Of a DNA stretch of 64,000 nucleotides, positions 23,701 through 38,165 are shown one piece after another (within the stretch, counting starts at the first letter, position 1; each line of letters opens with the position of its first letter). The stretch covers positions 954,833 to 1,018,832 of the forward strand of contig MU053376.1 in NCBI GenBank assembly GCA_013239625.1. The letters run 5' to 3'. The position numbers and the translations under genes were made by a program. Source of the DNA: Lama guanicoe (lineage: Eukaryota). The notes under the pieces were generated by a model. It was not told the DNA's origin, ran no database searches, and saw only the letters and a list, made by a program, of their open reading frames with translations.

Positions 23701-26700
23701 AGGCCAAATAATCTCTGACCACTCTAAATCCAAAGAACAGAAATTATTAAGGCACGAGAAAAGAACAGGCTGCATTTGTCACGGGCAGGAGGCATTCTTA
23801 GCCCAGGGATGAAAGACATTTCAAAGGAAGGGGAACAAGTAAACGTGAAATGAGCCAATGCACAGGATGGCAGATGCTTATTCACCAGCTTGTAAGCTTC
23901 GAGGCTCACCTTGCCTTTTGCATTTCCTGTATAGATATATTCTCCTCGCCTATCAAAGGATGCAACCACGTTCAAATCGGAGTCATCGTCTACCGGCAGA
24001 ACAACATGTTTGGAATCTGAAAGGGTCAACATGACAGGAGCAGATTTCATGGGACACACGAGAACCTTGTTCCTGTTTAAAAATATGAACAGTACATTGG
24101 CTGTTGCTTTGGTATCAGAAGGCTGATTCTCCGCCCCTTTCCCTAATTCCGATCTACCACCTCATCAACTCTCCCAGCCCAAGTATATTTAAAATAGTGA
24201 AAAAGCCTAAACTTAATTTCTAATAATAGGGAAGTGACTGAGTTAAAGTTACGGAATTCTACCTTGACAAAATAAAATGTAATCAATAAGAATAAATATG
24301 AAGATGTAGAAAACTCGTAAAACATGTAAGAAATAAAGTGAAAAAGCAAAATACTAATTAAAACTATGTAAAAAATACATGTTTATATACATCTAATATA
24401 CACAAACGCTTTGTGAGCTATAAAGCTCTACAAAATAAACTTTACACTTACAGAGAACTTGACTGAAAGAGAACCCAAAGACATGAAAATAGTTACATCT
24501 CTGTAATAGAATGGTAGGTAACTCTTTTTCTTAAACATAGTTTTAATAATGAACTGTTTCCCTTACTAAAGAAATTCAAATAATCAGGGCAAAAGCCCTG
24601 GGCTAAGGAACGGTTAGTTATCACACCTAATTCTACCTTTGCCCATTTCCAAAGTCTTTTTAAAAAATATTTAATTAATTAATTTATTATTGTATTATTT
24701 AATTATTTTATTTCGGTGGTGGGGGAAGGTAATTAGGTTTATTTATTTTTAGAGGAGGTACCAGGGATTGAACCCAGGACCTTGTGCATGCTAAGCACAT
24801 GCTCTACCACTGAACTATACCCACCCCACTCCGAAGTCTTAATTAATAAAGGCCAGTTTTAAATTATAACTATAACAACAGCCTCTTTAAAATCTATTCT
24901 GTAGAACCAACCTAAATAGATTATTTTATATAGAAGAGGTTTGAAGAGCTATGTGCTTTTGCCTCCTAAAACCTTAAACTGAAATTGTCATGAGCCTGGA
25001 AATAATCCATACAGAGTTAGACCCACCCCAGGAGAGAACAGCTCAGATTAAACATACTGATCTCGCGGGTGATACTGGACTTTTAAGATGGGTGAAGGGA
25101 ATCGAAACCTCTGGTCGCAGTCGCCGGAAAGAACATCCCACTGTGACACTATGTTATCAGTAGATGCACTCACGAGTTTGTGACCATCTCGGCTCCAGCT
25201 GAGAAGAAAAAAGGGTAACTTAGCACATATCCTAAGTTACAGTATATCACATTGCTCTTATACATAAAAATACATGTGTCACACTTACTGCCCTTACTGC
25301 CTGGGTCAACAATGTTTCTTCATCTTCTTATTTTTTAAACATATACTCAAATTCAAAACAAGCTTTCTGAACTAAGCAATAAATAAGAATGTTTTCAAGA
25401 CACCTTCATATCTAGTAACAGAAGTTCTTTTTGTTACCTAGTAGGGAGGTAATTTACTTTATCTATTTATTTTTAGAGGAGGTACTGGGGATCGAACCCA
25501 GGACCTTGTGCATGTTGAGCATGCACTTTCCACTTGAGCTACACCCTCCCCCCTCTTTTTTTTTTTAACTGATGTATAGTTGATTTACAATGTTGTGTTA
25601 GTTTCTAGTGTACAGCGTAGTGATTCAGTTATACATATATATATTCTTTTTCATTATAGGTTAGTACAAGCTATTGAATATAGTTCCCTGTGCTAAACAG
25701 TAGGGCCCAATTGTTTACTTATTTTGTACACAGAAGTTCTTAATAGTTCAAGATAATACTGTAAGTAGCTCAGTGAAAAAAAAAAGACACTCAAACATTT
25801 TGGAAGAATCTAAAATTAGCTGGCCCTTAAGTGTTGATGTAACAAAAAAACAGATTTTCTTCCTCTGGTGGGGGAAGGGAGGAGTATCTGAGCTTTTTAA
25901 AGTTGTCTTAGAAGTAGCACCATCATAAATCTAAACAAAACAGTAAAGTATCTGCTATTTAAAATTATTAAGAAAGGAATTAATTCCTCCTACTAAGTAT
26001 AGTTAAATATCCTGGACATTATATAGAAAACAAACGTAAAAAGGTACAGACTGGCTCGGGTCTGCAGGACGTGAGAAATGACACGACAAGTTCCCTGCAT
26101 CTTCTTTGGCCTCATATATCCTGGACCGGGTGATGGAGAAGCTTAACGACCCAGTAGCATCAATGGGCACACAACACACAAAAAGGCTCAACAAGTGCCT
26201 GCTTTCTTTAGGCAAGGGACCAGGAAAGGAGAGTCCACAGGGACAGAGAACTTTCATTACACAAGAATCAACTCTATTCCAGCAAACATCACAGAAACAA
26301 CTGCAACGCTCACCTCCATCCCAGTCACCAAGGCCTAAATGGAGAATCTAGACTTCCACTCTTGCCCTTCTCCTCTAACTACAGTGGTGTCAGAGAAGGC
26401 TCAGTGGGGAAGCAGACATTCATACCCACCGGGCAGTAATGAGGACCCCCCAAGGTAGTGTTGTGGTGCAGGCCACATGGGGAGCAGGAATAATGCGTTC
26501 CTATCCTTCCCAGCTAGGATGGTATCAGCCAAGGAGGCCTAGTGGGGCGCCTGAACTTCTTACCCGACCCAGCATCATGAAACCAAGTGAGAAACCTGGA
26601 CTTCCGGCCCACGGGCAGTAAGATGACAGTACACTCCCTCTCAGCTCACCCCACACAGCACCAGTCAGAGTAGGCTTGCTAAAACGGAAGATTTAAATAA

Positions 26701-29700
26701 GCTCTACAGTCTCACAACACAACATCCAAAATGCCCAGGTTTCACCTGAAAACCACCATCAACCCAAGAACAAAGAAAATCTCAACTAGAATGAGAAAAG
26801 ACAACCATCTGACACTAACACAGAGATGGCACAGGTGTCAGAATCATCCGACAAGGATTTTAATGCAGCCATAATTAAAATGCTTCAACAAGCAATTTAC
26901 AAACATGCTCGAAACAAACGAAAAAGTCTAAGCAAAGAAATAGAAAATGTAGAAAAAAGAACCAAATAGGAACTTTAGAACTGAAAAATACAGTAACTCA
27001 AATAAAAAACTCAAAAGATGGGTTCAGCAGCCAATGAGGAAAGAATCCATAAACTGGAAGACAGAATAATAAAAATTACCCAATCTGAACAAGAGAAAGA
27101 AAACAGAATACAAAAATGAACAGAGGCTCAGGGACCTGAGGGACTTTAACGAAAGATCTAATATACACGGCATCAGAGTCCTGGAAGGAGAGAAGAAAGA
27201 ATGAGGTTTAAGAGTATTTGAAGAAATAAGATTGAAATTTCCCCAAATTTGGCAAAAGATATAAAACACACAGATTTAAGAAGCTGAGCAAACTCAAATA
27301 GGATGAGCTCAAAGAAATCCAATCTGAGACACAGAGACAAACTTTGAAAACTAAAGACCAAGAGAAAAATCTTGAAAGCAGCCAGAGAAATGACATCTTA
27401 CCTAAGGGGAACAACTCACATGAGAGCAGATTTCTCATCAAAAAACTTAGAGGCCAAAAGGAAGTGGCATGTTTTTCAAGTGCTGAAAAAAAAGAACTGT
27501 CAACCCAAATTCTACGTCCAGAGAGAATAACCTTCAGGAACAAATAGGTAAAATCAAAAGACATCTGTCACCAGCAGACCTACCCTAAAAGAATGGCTCA
27601 GGAAGTTCTCTGAACAGAAAGGAAACAATGACAGAAGGAATCTCAGAACATCAGGAAGAAGGAATAATGAAAAGAGTAAAACAGTTTTAAATACATTGTT
27701 TTCTTCTTGAGTTTTTATGTTTGAAACAAAAATTGTAACACTGTCTTATGTAGGTATCAATGTATGCAGAGGAAATGTTTAAGACAATTATATTACAAAC
27801 AAGGGAGGATAGAAGGACGGAAAGGGAAGATTTCTACACTTCACTTTAATGAGTAAAATGTCAACACCAGAAGGCTAACAAGTTTTGTATACAGTGTAGT
27901 ATCTAGCAACCATTAAAAAGCCATACAAAGAAATATACTCAAAAATACTGTAGATAAATCAAAATGGAACTCTAAAAATAGTTCAAGTACCCCACAAGAA
28001 GGCAAAAAAGAAAACAGAGAAATGAAAAACAGAAGGGACAAACAGAAAAAGAAACCCAGAATCAGTCTTTATCCAAATTTTGCAATGAAGACGAGTTGCT
28101 ACTGAAGAATTTATAACAGGCAACACAGGTCCATGGCTAAGGACAAAGATTCAAGTCAGATTTATGTAAACATTACAACTTTCAGGCTGTGTGATCTCAG
28201 GCAAGTCATAGAACCTTTCTGAGCTTTAATTTCCTCATTTGTAACATGGAAATAAATAAGAGTATCTACCTGAAACTGTTGAGAGAATTCAAATTAATAT
28301 ATATAAAACTCTTAGTTCAATATAGTAAGTGCTCAGAAACCATTAACAATTATTTATATCAGAGACAAGAAAAGTATATTCCCAGACTGGGAACTGAAGG
28401 CACAGAGGAAGGCAGGAGCAAACTAAGGAAGTGAATGTGGAGAGACTAAGCTCAAGTCTGAACGCAGAGGACTCAGAGGCCCCTCTCCCAGCAGCTCTAG
28501 AACACTCCCAGGCATGCTTACCCCTCAGAGAGGTAGTAAGAGGATCCTTCTAGAAAATGTGAACCTAAAAAAAGAAGACGCCCACAGATGCTGTAACTTG
28601 AGGGTTGATAACAAAAAAGCCAAGGGTCCACTCAATTTCAGTGGATGACAGGAGGGTAAGATGAGCTAAAACTTATATACACTCTAATAAGAAGTCCATG
28701 GATAAGTTCTTGCAATTAACAAACTAAGAAAAAGTAATATACATATGTACTTTAGAAATATGAAGACAAATAGCAAGAGAAACAAACCAAAAACATGGAA
28801 GTACACTGGGAAAGGGACAATATTGGAATACTGGGAGTGGGAACAAACAAGGGACAGCTTTTGCTACTGTTCTTGTAAGCATTTCAGCACAATCTGACTA
28901 TAGAACAGAATGTTAGCTGTGATTCAATTTTTCCTTTAAATCCTTCTGCATTGTAACTTTTTCACAGCAGGCTTGTGTATCCTTTCTAATAGAGGAAAAT
29001 CTAATTTTAGAAATTAAATTATAATCAGAGGTGAAACCAAGAGGGGTTTTCCCATTAAAAACAACAATATATTCTTCAATTCCAAATTCCGTAAGTTTGA
29101 GAGTTAGATATTCTTACTTTCTCACATCTGACAATACTTCTTTCCAAAAGATAGCTGGATATTTACTAAGTCTAGTATCTTAGAGTCTTAAAGATCACTT
29201 TGTTCTACCTATGGCTCGCATCCAGTGCTTCGGTATCTTCTGCAGCATCCCTAAGAAGAGGACAGCAAGCCCACAGAGGGCCAGTCCCACTGGTTAAGTT
29301 CTTACATGGGCACCTCATCCCATCCACGGGCACCTCTGCTTGGGACCTTGTCTCTACTCTAAGCTAGCATTTGTTTCCTACAAATTCTGTTCACTACCTA
29401 CCAGTCCTCCTTATCCTTAGGTCAACTTTTCTGTCTTGCTCATTAAAGACAGCTATTATGCCTCCAAAACTTCTCCAGGTGAAACTTTCTTAGTCCCTAA
29501 TATATTCAAATATTTTACAACAATGAAAATAATATGTAAAGTTATATTCTAAACCAGGCTGAATAAAAGAAAAACGCAAAATGCACGTAACTATTCATCA
29601 TAAGTCTGATATGTAAGTATACTTATATATAGTGTTGCTTAGTATATATGCACCAAAATTATTGAACTGTTCCTAATTTTTTGGTTTGTATAAGTATACT

Positions 29701-32700
29701 TACATATCAGACTGTGTACATATCATATGTACACACGTACACACATATCAACACAGAAAAACATCCACTATATATTAAGTGGAAAAGCAAGGTATAGAAC
29801 AAAATATACAGTATGTCTCCATTTTTAAAAAAAAACAAAACATGAATATATGCATGTATATTTTTATATATGCAGAGAAAGAGATACAGATATATCTTAT
29901 AAATAAAAGATATATTCCACACTCTAATACAAGTTACCCCAAGGAGTAGACAGAAGGCTTTCATTTTTCCTCTATATACTCATAAATTGTTTGAATTTTT
30001 AAAGATTTTAATAATTAAGTTTTGTGATAAAAATTTTTTAAATGTTAGCAGGAGATGGGGAAAATCTCTTATTGTTCAAACCTTTTAACCTAGTAATAAC
30101 ATACTTCTTGGAAGTCTACGCTAATGAAAAAACATAGATCAAACACCTACTGGGCATCTTCTGTAAGATATCCCCATTCGTCCAAGTATCTGAATGCCTA
30201 CTCTGTATCAGGTGTAATGCTAGAAGCTGGCAACACAGCAGCAAATGGCAGACAAGGTTCATGTATCACAGCACTTACCATCTTCCAGGGAAGATGCTCA
30301 GAAAACAAATACCTGCAACAAAATATAACAGGAGACACACAGCCATGATCTCAAACTCACTAAATCCTCCTCAGATCTGACATTAACATCTTCATCCAAG
30401 CCAGAAACATGAGGATCATTTTATCTTCTCTACTTCACTTCACTTACACTCCTTATCTAATTAACGCCTAAGATCTCTTATTTCTACCACTTGTCACATC
30501 TGTGCCATTCAGCTCCACTACTGCTGCCACCATCCTCATCATCGATAGCCTAGACCACCGTAGTTTTCCTTATCTTCATTAACTGTCCCCTTCGATCTCT
30601 TTTCCACATGCTGTTCTAGAGACCTTTCTAAAAGAACAAGCTCATCATGTCACTTTCCTTCCTAAAATCTTTTAACAGCTTCGCAGTACCTACAGGATAA
30701 AATTAAAATTCACAGTACTACGTAACATCCTCCATAAGGACCTCAGCTTACCTTGACTGCTGCCATCGCACACTTCCCACATCAAGATCCAGCTAATCTG
30801 AACCTCGTGCTGTTCCCCACCTTCCCATGCTTATTTCAAGCTGATGTGCCTCTGCCTGTGCGGCGCCTTCTGCTTGGAATACAACTGGCAAACACCTACT
30901 CATCTTACAAGTCTGAGGTTAGAAATTATCTCACCTTTGAAGACTTTCCTGACCACTATTCTCTTCTAATACAATTGATCGCTTCCTCCTCTGCACCTTC
31001 ACCTCCACTAAATCTCAAATATAGTTCTTGTATAGGATGGATAAAGCTTTAGTACATATACCTGTATGAATAGGCACCTCCCCCTAGTGATCAAGAATGT
31101 CTCCTTACTTGTTCTTGTGTCCCCAGTGCCTAGAACACTACCTGGTACATAACTCATGATCAACATTTGCTGAAGGAATGATTATATGAGAGAAAAACTT
31201 AATGTACAAAGACACTGACTAAACATTATGAGCAGAGAAACAAAAAAATGGTTAAGTAAATTATGGTTTATCTATCAGAAGATATATGGCTATACAATTT
31301 TTTTTTAAAGGCTACGCAAGCAGGAAAATGTATTGGAGAGGAAAAAAGCAAAATATAAAACATAGCATAATTACAAACTATGCTTTTTAAAAATGACATA
31401 CAGTAACAAGTCGAAATATTTACAGTAGCAATATCTGGGAGGTAAGACTAAAGTCTTCTATCTTTTTTCTACGTTGCTGTACTTTTTATAATTTTCTAAA
31501 TGATTATTATTTTGTAATAAAAATAGATGTATATTTTTAGTGATAGGAGTTCCAAAATTATATTGTGATGATGGTAGCACTCCTCTGTGAATATATAAGA
31601 ACAGTGAAACATTTGAACTGGGTGGATTTTATAGTATAAGAATTTTATATATATATAAAATATATATATATCTTAACAAAGCTGTGTGAAAATGTATGTA
31701 TCTATTTGAATCTTTATTGCAAGAACACAACAATGAAAAAGAAATAAAATGCAAAGGACCTGGAAGGAACCTAAGAAATTATCCAGGGCAGTTCTCTCAT
31801 TCTGCATATTAGAGAAAAATTTTGGCCAAAGCTGCCAGTTTATTACTGGCCAAACCTAGACTGAGATTCAGGCCTCGTCTCAATTCAGTGCTTTAGAATA
31901 CCACTGCTGCTTGTATTTAGACAAAAGGAAGTATGTTAGCTTAATAAATCCAGGTCTGATTAGGTGCTTTTTTTGGCCCCAAGTTCATTTATTTGGCCCC
32001 AAGTTCATTTAAAAGAAGTAAAGGCTGCCTCAAAATAAAATAAGAATGAAATCAATGGTAATTTATATAACATCAGATTGCTGCTCAATATATTTGATGG
32101 AAAACCTTAGTAACTACAATTCAGCAAAGGAACAGGTGTGTGTGTGATCACTAAAATTGCTGGAATTCAAGAACCTGGACAAGGCTGGACCTGTTGACTT
32201 TTAAGTTGCCCTCCTAACCAAGATTTTTTCTTCCTTGAATATTATTTAATTCCTTAAATCAACTGTGTTATTAGGGAGAAGCCCAGGGTCCAGAAGTGCT
32301 GCTTCAAAGACTGTATCACAATAAATTCCTTCTTACTTCCACATCATGATGTCTTGGACTCAGATACAAAAAAAACAAAAACAAAAACAAAAACAAGAAC
32401 AAAACAAACCATATGGTTCTGGCTGTCAGTTTGGGGTGTTTAATCTTCTTTCCCCCCATTATATAGGGAGTTTATTTCCCTCGGATTGACCAAGGCCATT
32501 TCATGAATAAGAAAGGCTCATCACAGCACATTTTCAGTTCCCCTGCCTGGCCATATTCATGATCTCACATACATCATAATATTTTAATGGACTAGAAAGA
32601 TTTCTTCATATTCTAATCAAGGTTTTTTTATTCTAAATAAAAGGTCAGTATCACAAATACACTACAGCTGTAATTTATAAATGTCTCATTTCTGCATGGA

Positions 32701-35700
32701 AGTATTTTCCATCAGAGCCTGATACAGATCCATATTACACTGAATTTCTCCCCACAAAGGTGTTCAAGGACAGCATGGGTTCAAGGTCTCTGTATGAGAA
32801 ATTATGTTATTAATATTTAAAACTCTAAGTATTAAAATATATCTAATGAGATTGGCAATTATACAGTCACCATTTATCCCCCCAATTTAATTCATATTTA
32901 ACATATTAACTTTTAAAATTCCTTACCATAAAGAGCAGACTGGGTGGATGTGCGCACTAATTATTTTAGCAATGCCTCTTGTCAAGAAATCCCAGATGAC
33001 AATTCGGCCATCATTACAGCCAACTGCAAGCAGTGTGCCCCACCTGTTAAAGGTGCAAGTCAGGGCCATGCTGATACAATCCAAAGTTCCATCAGCTTCC
33101 TAAAGATTAAAATGAACACAAGAATAATACCCATGTATCCAAATTATTTCTTAAAGGTTCTCTAACATCTATGATACTTCTCTTGAATTTCAATTATGAT
33201 GTATACCAAAATAATCTCTATGTGTGTTTGTGTGTTCTTATACCTATTAAACTAACCAAACTGAAGAAATATTTACAAAAACTAACAGAGAATTTTTGCA
33301 ACAGATGTGATCAATCCCTTAAGTTATTAAGATAGCTTCATACAAACACTTCTGAGGGCAATTTAGGCAAAATAAAACAAGATTCATTAAAAGAGTCATC
33401 CTATTGGCCAAGCAATCATAGTTCTTGAAATTTATTCCAAGAAAAATAATCTAAAACAAAAGCTCTATATAAGACTAGGAAAATCAAATAAATTATTTTG
33501 TATTAATAGCAAGCCATTTAAAATACTCCTGACTACACTAAAACACATTCCAAGTATTACAAAACATTTTTACATTTAAAAAAGTAAAGCACACTTATAG
33601 CATACATGTTGATTACTGCTATGTAAAAACATTGATCAAAACTGTAAAAGCACATGAAAAAAATCTATGCATAGGTGATGGTACTGTGAAAAATGCTTCA
33701 ATCAAAGGGTTTTTTTTAATTTAAAGGGAAATGAACTGTAAAATTTACATTATAGTGAGATTTCCTGCTAATATTGCCTATCTACTTCCCCCTGCCCCGC
33801 TCAAAATTAAACATTTGGTTCCTTACTATAACAGTAAACGATCACCACATGTAATGCTTTTATTGTCAAAAAAAAAAGATGAAAATGTAGTTGCCATTCA
33901 AACATAAAAGCCAGCAAATTACTACATTCCTAAAATCACAACAATACTATATACTCTTACCTCTGGATAATTCTGCCCAAAGGACTCTGCAACAAAGCAA
34001 AGAAAGAGAGTTGATGGAACATATGCAACATACCAGGAAACCTACAGCTCAAGAATGGTGTACAGCGGGGGTTTGCAAAGTGCGGACAGGGTACTGACAC
34101 CCTTCCAGGGGCTCCATGAGGTCACCCCTATTTCCATTATCATACTAAGATGGTATTTGCCTTTTATTCTCATTATCTCCAGCAGTTTCACTCCTGAGTG
34201 AAGACAATGAAAACTCCATTTGAGGAAAATGAAAACACTAACTCAAAAAGACATATGCACCCCAATGTTCACAGCAGCATTATTTACAACAGCCAAGCTA
34301 TGGAAGCAACCTAAAGGTCCATCAACAGACAACTGGACAAAGATGTAGGGTGTGTGGTGTATGTCCGTATTTGTGTACATGTGTGTGCATGTGCATATAT
34401 GAATGGATATTTATATATATAAAATGAAATATTTCTCAACCATAAAAGAGAATGAAAATTTGCCATTTGCAACATGGTTGGACCATGTTATGTTTAGTGA
34501 AGTAACTCAGACAGAGAAAAGACAAATACTATATGTCACCACTTACATGTGGGATCTAAAAAATAAAACAAATGAAAGAATGTAACAAAACAGAAACAAG
34601 CTCACAGACACAGAAAACTAACTAGTGGTTTACCAGTGGAGAGAGGGGAGGGGAAAGGAGCAAAACAGGGGTAGGGGTTAAGAGGTACAAACTACCATGT
34701 ATAAAATAAACTACAAAGATACACAGCACAGGGAGCATAGCCAGTACTTTATCATAACTTTAAATTGAGTGTAATCTATAAAAACACTGAATTACTGTAT
34801 TGTACACCTGAAACTAACATAATATTGTAAATCAACTATGCTTCAATTAAGAAAGACATCTACTGCTTTAAAAATAAGTCTGAAAACCAGTTTTATTACA
34901 TTTTGTCCTTTATAAAAATTCATAGAAATTTAAAGAGTGAACACATTAAAACTGTCAAAAGAAACACAAGCCCTTAAGTTAAAAAAACTAAAAGAAAGAT
35001 GAAAACAAAGGTAAATAATTGCCCAACTGGGACAATTATCTTGATTTACCTAATGTGCACCAGACTTCAGTGTCTGATTACATTCAAATATTAAGGACAA
35101 GAATGAATGGAAAGCTGAAACCAAGATACGTTTTTTGAAGGAAACTTTTAAAAGTTACCAAAGTAATACATGTAATACAGTAATACAGAAATGTATATTT
35201 AACAAATGATAGTTTCCTCCCTGCAACTCACTCATCAAGGTAATAAATCCCATGTATTTCTATATGCTTATACAAACATTTAAATATTTAAGGTCTGTTT
35301 TCTAAATAAAATACTACAATATTATGTGACTTGCTTCTTTAATAATACATCCTATACATCTTCCCAAATCAATAATATAGATCTATATTCACATGGCTGA
35401 GAAACAAACAAAAAAGAGTATTCATTTAAAAATTAAAAACAAAACAAACAAAAAAAACACAACCGAAAAATACAAAGTACTCTGGAAGGAGCAGAGTGTG
35501 ACCTGCTGTGCTGGAAGAAGGGAAAGCCACACCTAAGATTCTGAGAGAATCTAGAATCCTGGGACCATTTTAATGTATGATCACTCTTCAACTCAGATTA
35601 TCCCTGATTTTGTATTTTTGTTTTATGTTTTGGGTGCTTTTTTCCTCTTTTTTTGAGGGTCATCCTAGTTAACAGGATTACAATTAGGAGTTTAAATGAA

Positions 35701-38131
35701 CACAAAAGAAAGTGACATAGAAAAGACTAAACTCGTTTGGGGCACTTTAGTGAAAAGCCTGAGCAAGAATGCTGTCAAGCAGGGTTATGGGAGCACAAGG
35801 CCACTTCCTCGGAGAATGCTCACTATTTCCAAAACGGATTACGGAAGAAAAACCCTTGACGGGGTCAATGCATAAAGAACACATTGAAACGTTCAAGGTC
35901 TACCATTGGGGGGATGGGAGTGGGAAGAATAAATTGTGAGTTCAAGATTTGCAGATACTAATTAATACATATAAAATAGACAAACAATGAGTTCATACTG
36001 TATAGCACAGGGAAGTATACTCAATATCTTGTAGTAACTTTTGGTAAAAAAGAGTAAGAAAATGAATATACATATGTTCATATATGACTGAAGCATTATG
36101 CTGTAAGCCAGAAATTGACACAACACTGTACAATGACTCTACTTCAATAAAAATGTACATATAGAAAAAAAAGTAAATGACATTTGTTAATATCCTTCAA
36201 AAAAAATCTACCATTAAAATAAAATAATAGAAAGACAGCAGGTTCATATGGTTTTATAAGCAATTTCTCCTAAACCTCAAGGCACAGATAATTACCACTT
36301 ATTCAAGCTGTTTCTGAGAAGAAAACAATTCAGGGCGGAGGGTATAGCTCTATGGTAGAGTACATGCTTGGTGTGCATGAGGTCCTGGGTTCAATCCCCA
36401 AAGCCTCCGTTAAGGGAAAGAAAAACATAGTATCATTCCAAAAGGTAAAATATTAAAACCATTTCAGTTATTATCAGCAACTAGAAAGGGATACATCAGC
36501 ATTCTCAGTTAATATTCTCTTGGAGATTCCAGCCAATGGAATAAGAAAACAAAGTAACTGGTTTCAACATTGAATATAGAAGATAAAACTATTTTTCTTT
36601 TGCTGATGTCACTGAACACCTAGAAAACACAAAAAATTCTAATTTAAAAAGCCAAGGGGGAGAGGGTATAGCTCAAGTGGTAGAGCGCATGCTTAGCATG
36701 CATGAGGTCCTGGGTTCAATCCTCAGTACCTCCTCTAAGAATAAATAAATAAACCTAATTACCTCCCCCCACCAATCAATCAAGCAAGCAAGCAAGCAAA
36801 TTGAAATTAAAAAAAGAAGCCACACAAATTAATACAAATATAAGGCAAGGTGGTCTGAAAATTAATAGCTCTTCTCCACATTAGCAATTAATATCTAGAA
36901 ATTGCAATGAAGGGGAGAACTCCATTCACAACGGCTACAAACATAAATATTTAAGGAAAAAAAGTAATAAAGTCACATGCCATGTATGAAGAAGAAAATA
37001 TAAAATTTTACTTACAGCCATTAAATCTGAGTAAGTGAAAAAAGAAAAAACAATCTACATTCTGGGATGGGAAAGCTTAGTGGCTTTCTTCAGAAATTAA
37101 TAAATTTGGGGGGGCAGGTATAGCTCAAGTGGTAGAGAGCATGCTTAGCATGTACAAGGTCCTGGGTTCAATCCCCAGTACCTCCTTTACAAATAAATAA
37201 ATAAACCTAATTATCTCCCCACCAAAAAAAAAAAAACCCCACCAAAAAAAAAAAAAAAGAAAGAAAGAAAAATAAATTTTATGCAATTACAGATGAATTA
37301 AAAACAAATGTAAAAAAAATTCTAAATGTACTACTGTAAGGCAGCTGATATATGATAAAGATGACATTTCAATTTAGTGGGAAATTTATTTAATATACAG
37401 AGATGGACAACTGACTATCCATCTGAAAGGAAAAAAGTTCCAATTCCTCTCTCACATCACGTATAAAAATAAATTTCAGGTAAATTAATGATTTTTAAAA
37501 ATGAAAATCTCAGAAGAAAATCTAGGCGGCCACACATATAACCTAGGGTGGGGAAGACCTTAACCAAGTTAGGAAAACCAAAAGAAAAGAGAAGTATATT
37601 TTATTATAATAAAAACTGGAACATTTCGCACAGCAAAAGTTCCCATAAACAGTCAAAAGGTTTAGAAAAAAATTTGCAATGCAGATGATGGATAAGGGTT
37701 GCTAGCTATACTATAAAGCAAGTTTATACATTGATAAGGAAAAACAATCAAAAAGAAAAGACAAAGAATATGAGCAGACAAGTCACAGAACAAAATCAGA
37801 TGGCCTCTAAACAAAGGAAAACACCGAACTCAGTTGGAGTCAGAAATTGTAGATCAAGTTAAAAATGAGGTGCCACTTCCATCCACCAGACAGCAACAGT
37901 CAGAGAACACCTGCTGGGGGGGAATGTGGGTCAAGGGGTATTTTCACACATTGCCTATAAAAATGGCAATTGCTGTAGCCTTTTGGGAAAGGAATCTGAC
38001 ACCATCTATTAAAAGCAAAAATATACATAGTCCTCATCTCAGTAAGCCTACAACTGGAAATCTAATGTCCACAGATGTAAACACAACAATGGAACATAAG
38101 CACAAGGAGATTTTAAGTATTGTTCTTGGTG

Positions 38132-38165
<34 letters not shown>

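Noticed and set aside
17254..24059. Track ORFs at 17254, 18136, 21105 and 23724 as separate genes
   Set aside because: Each is an RBBP5 exon plus read-through into flanking intron.
36656..36735. Apparent tRNA-Ala(AGC) genes here and at about nine similar loci
   Set aside because: They are dispersed diverged copies with a shared non-tRNA tail, A-rich ends and TSDs, so they are SINEs rather than tRNA genes.
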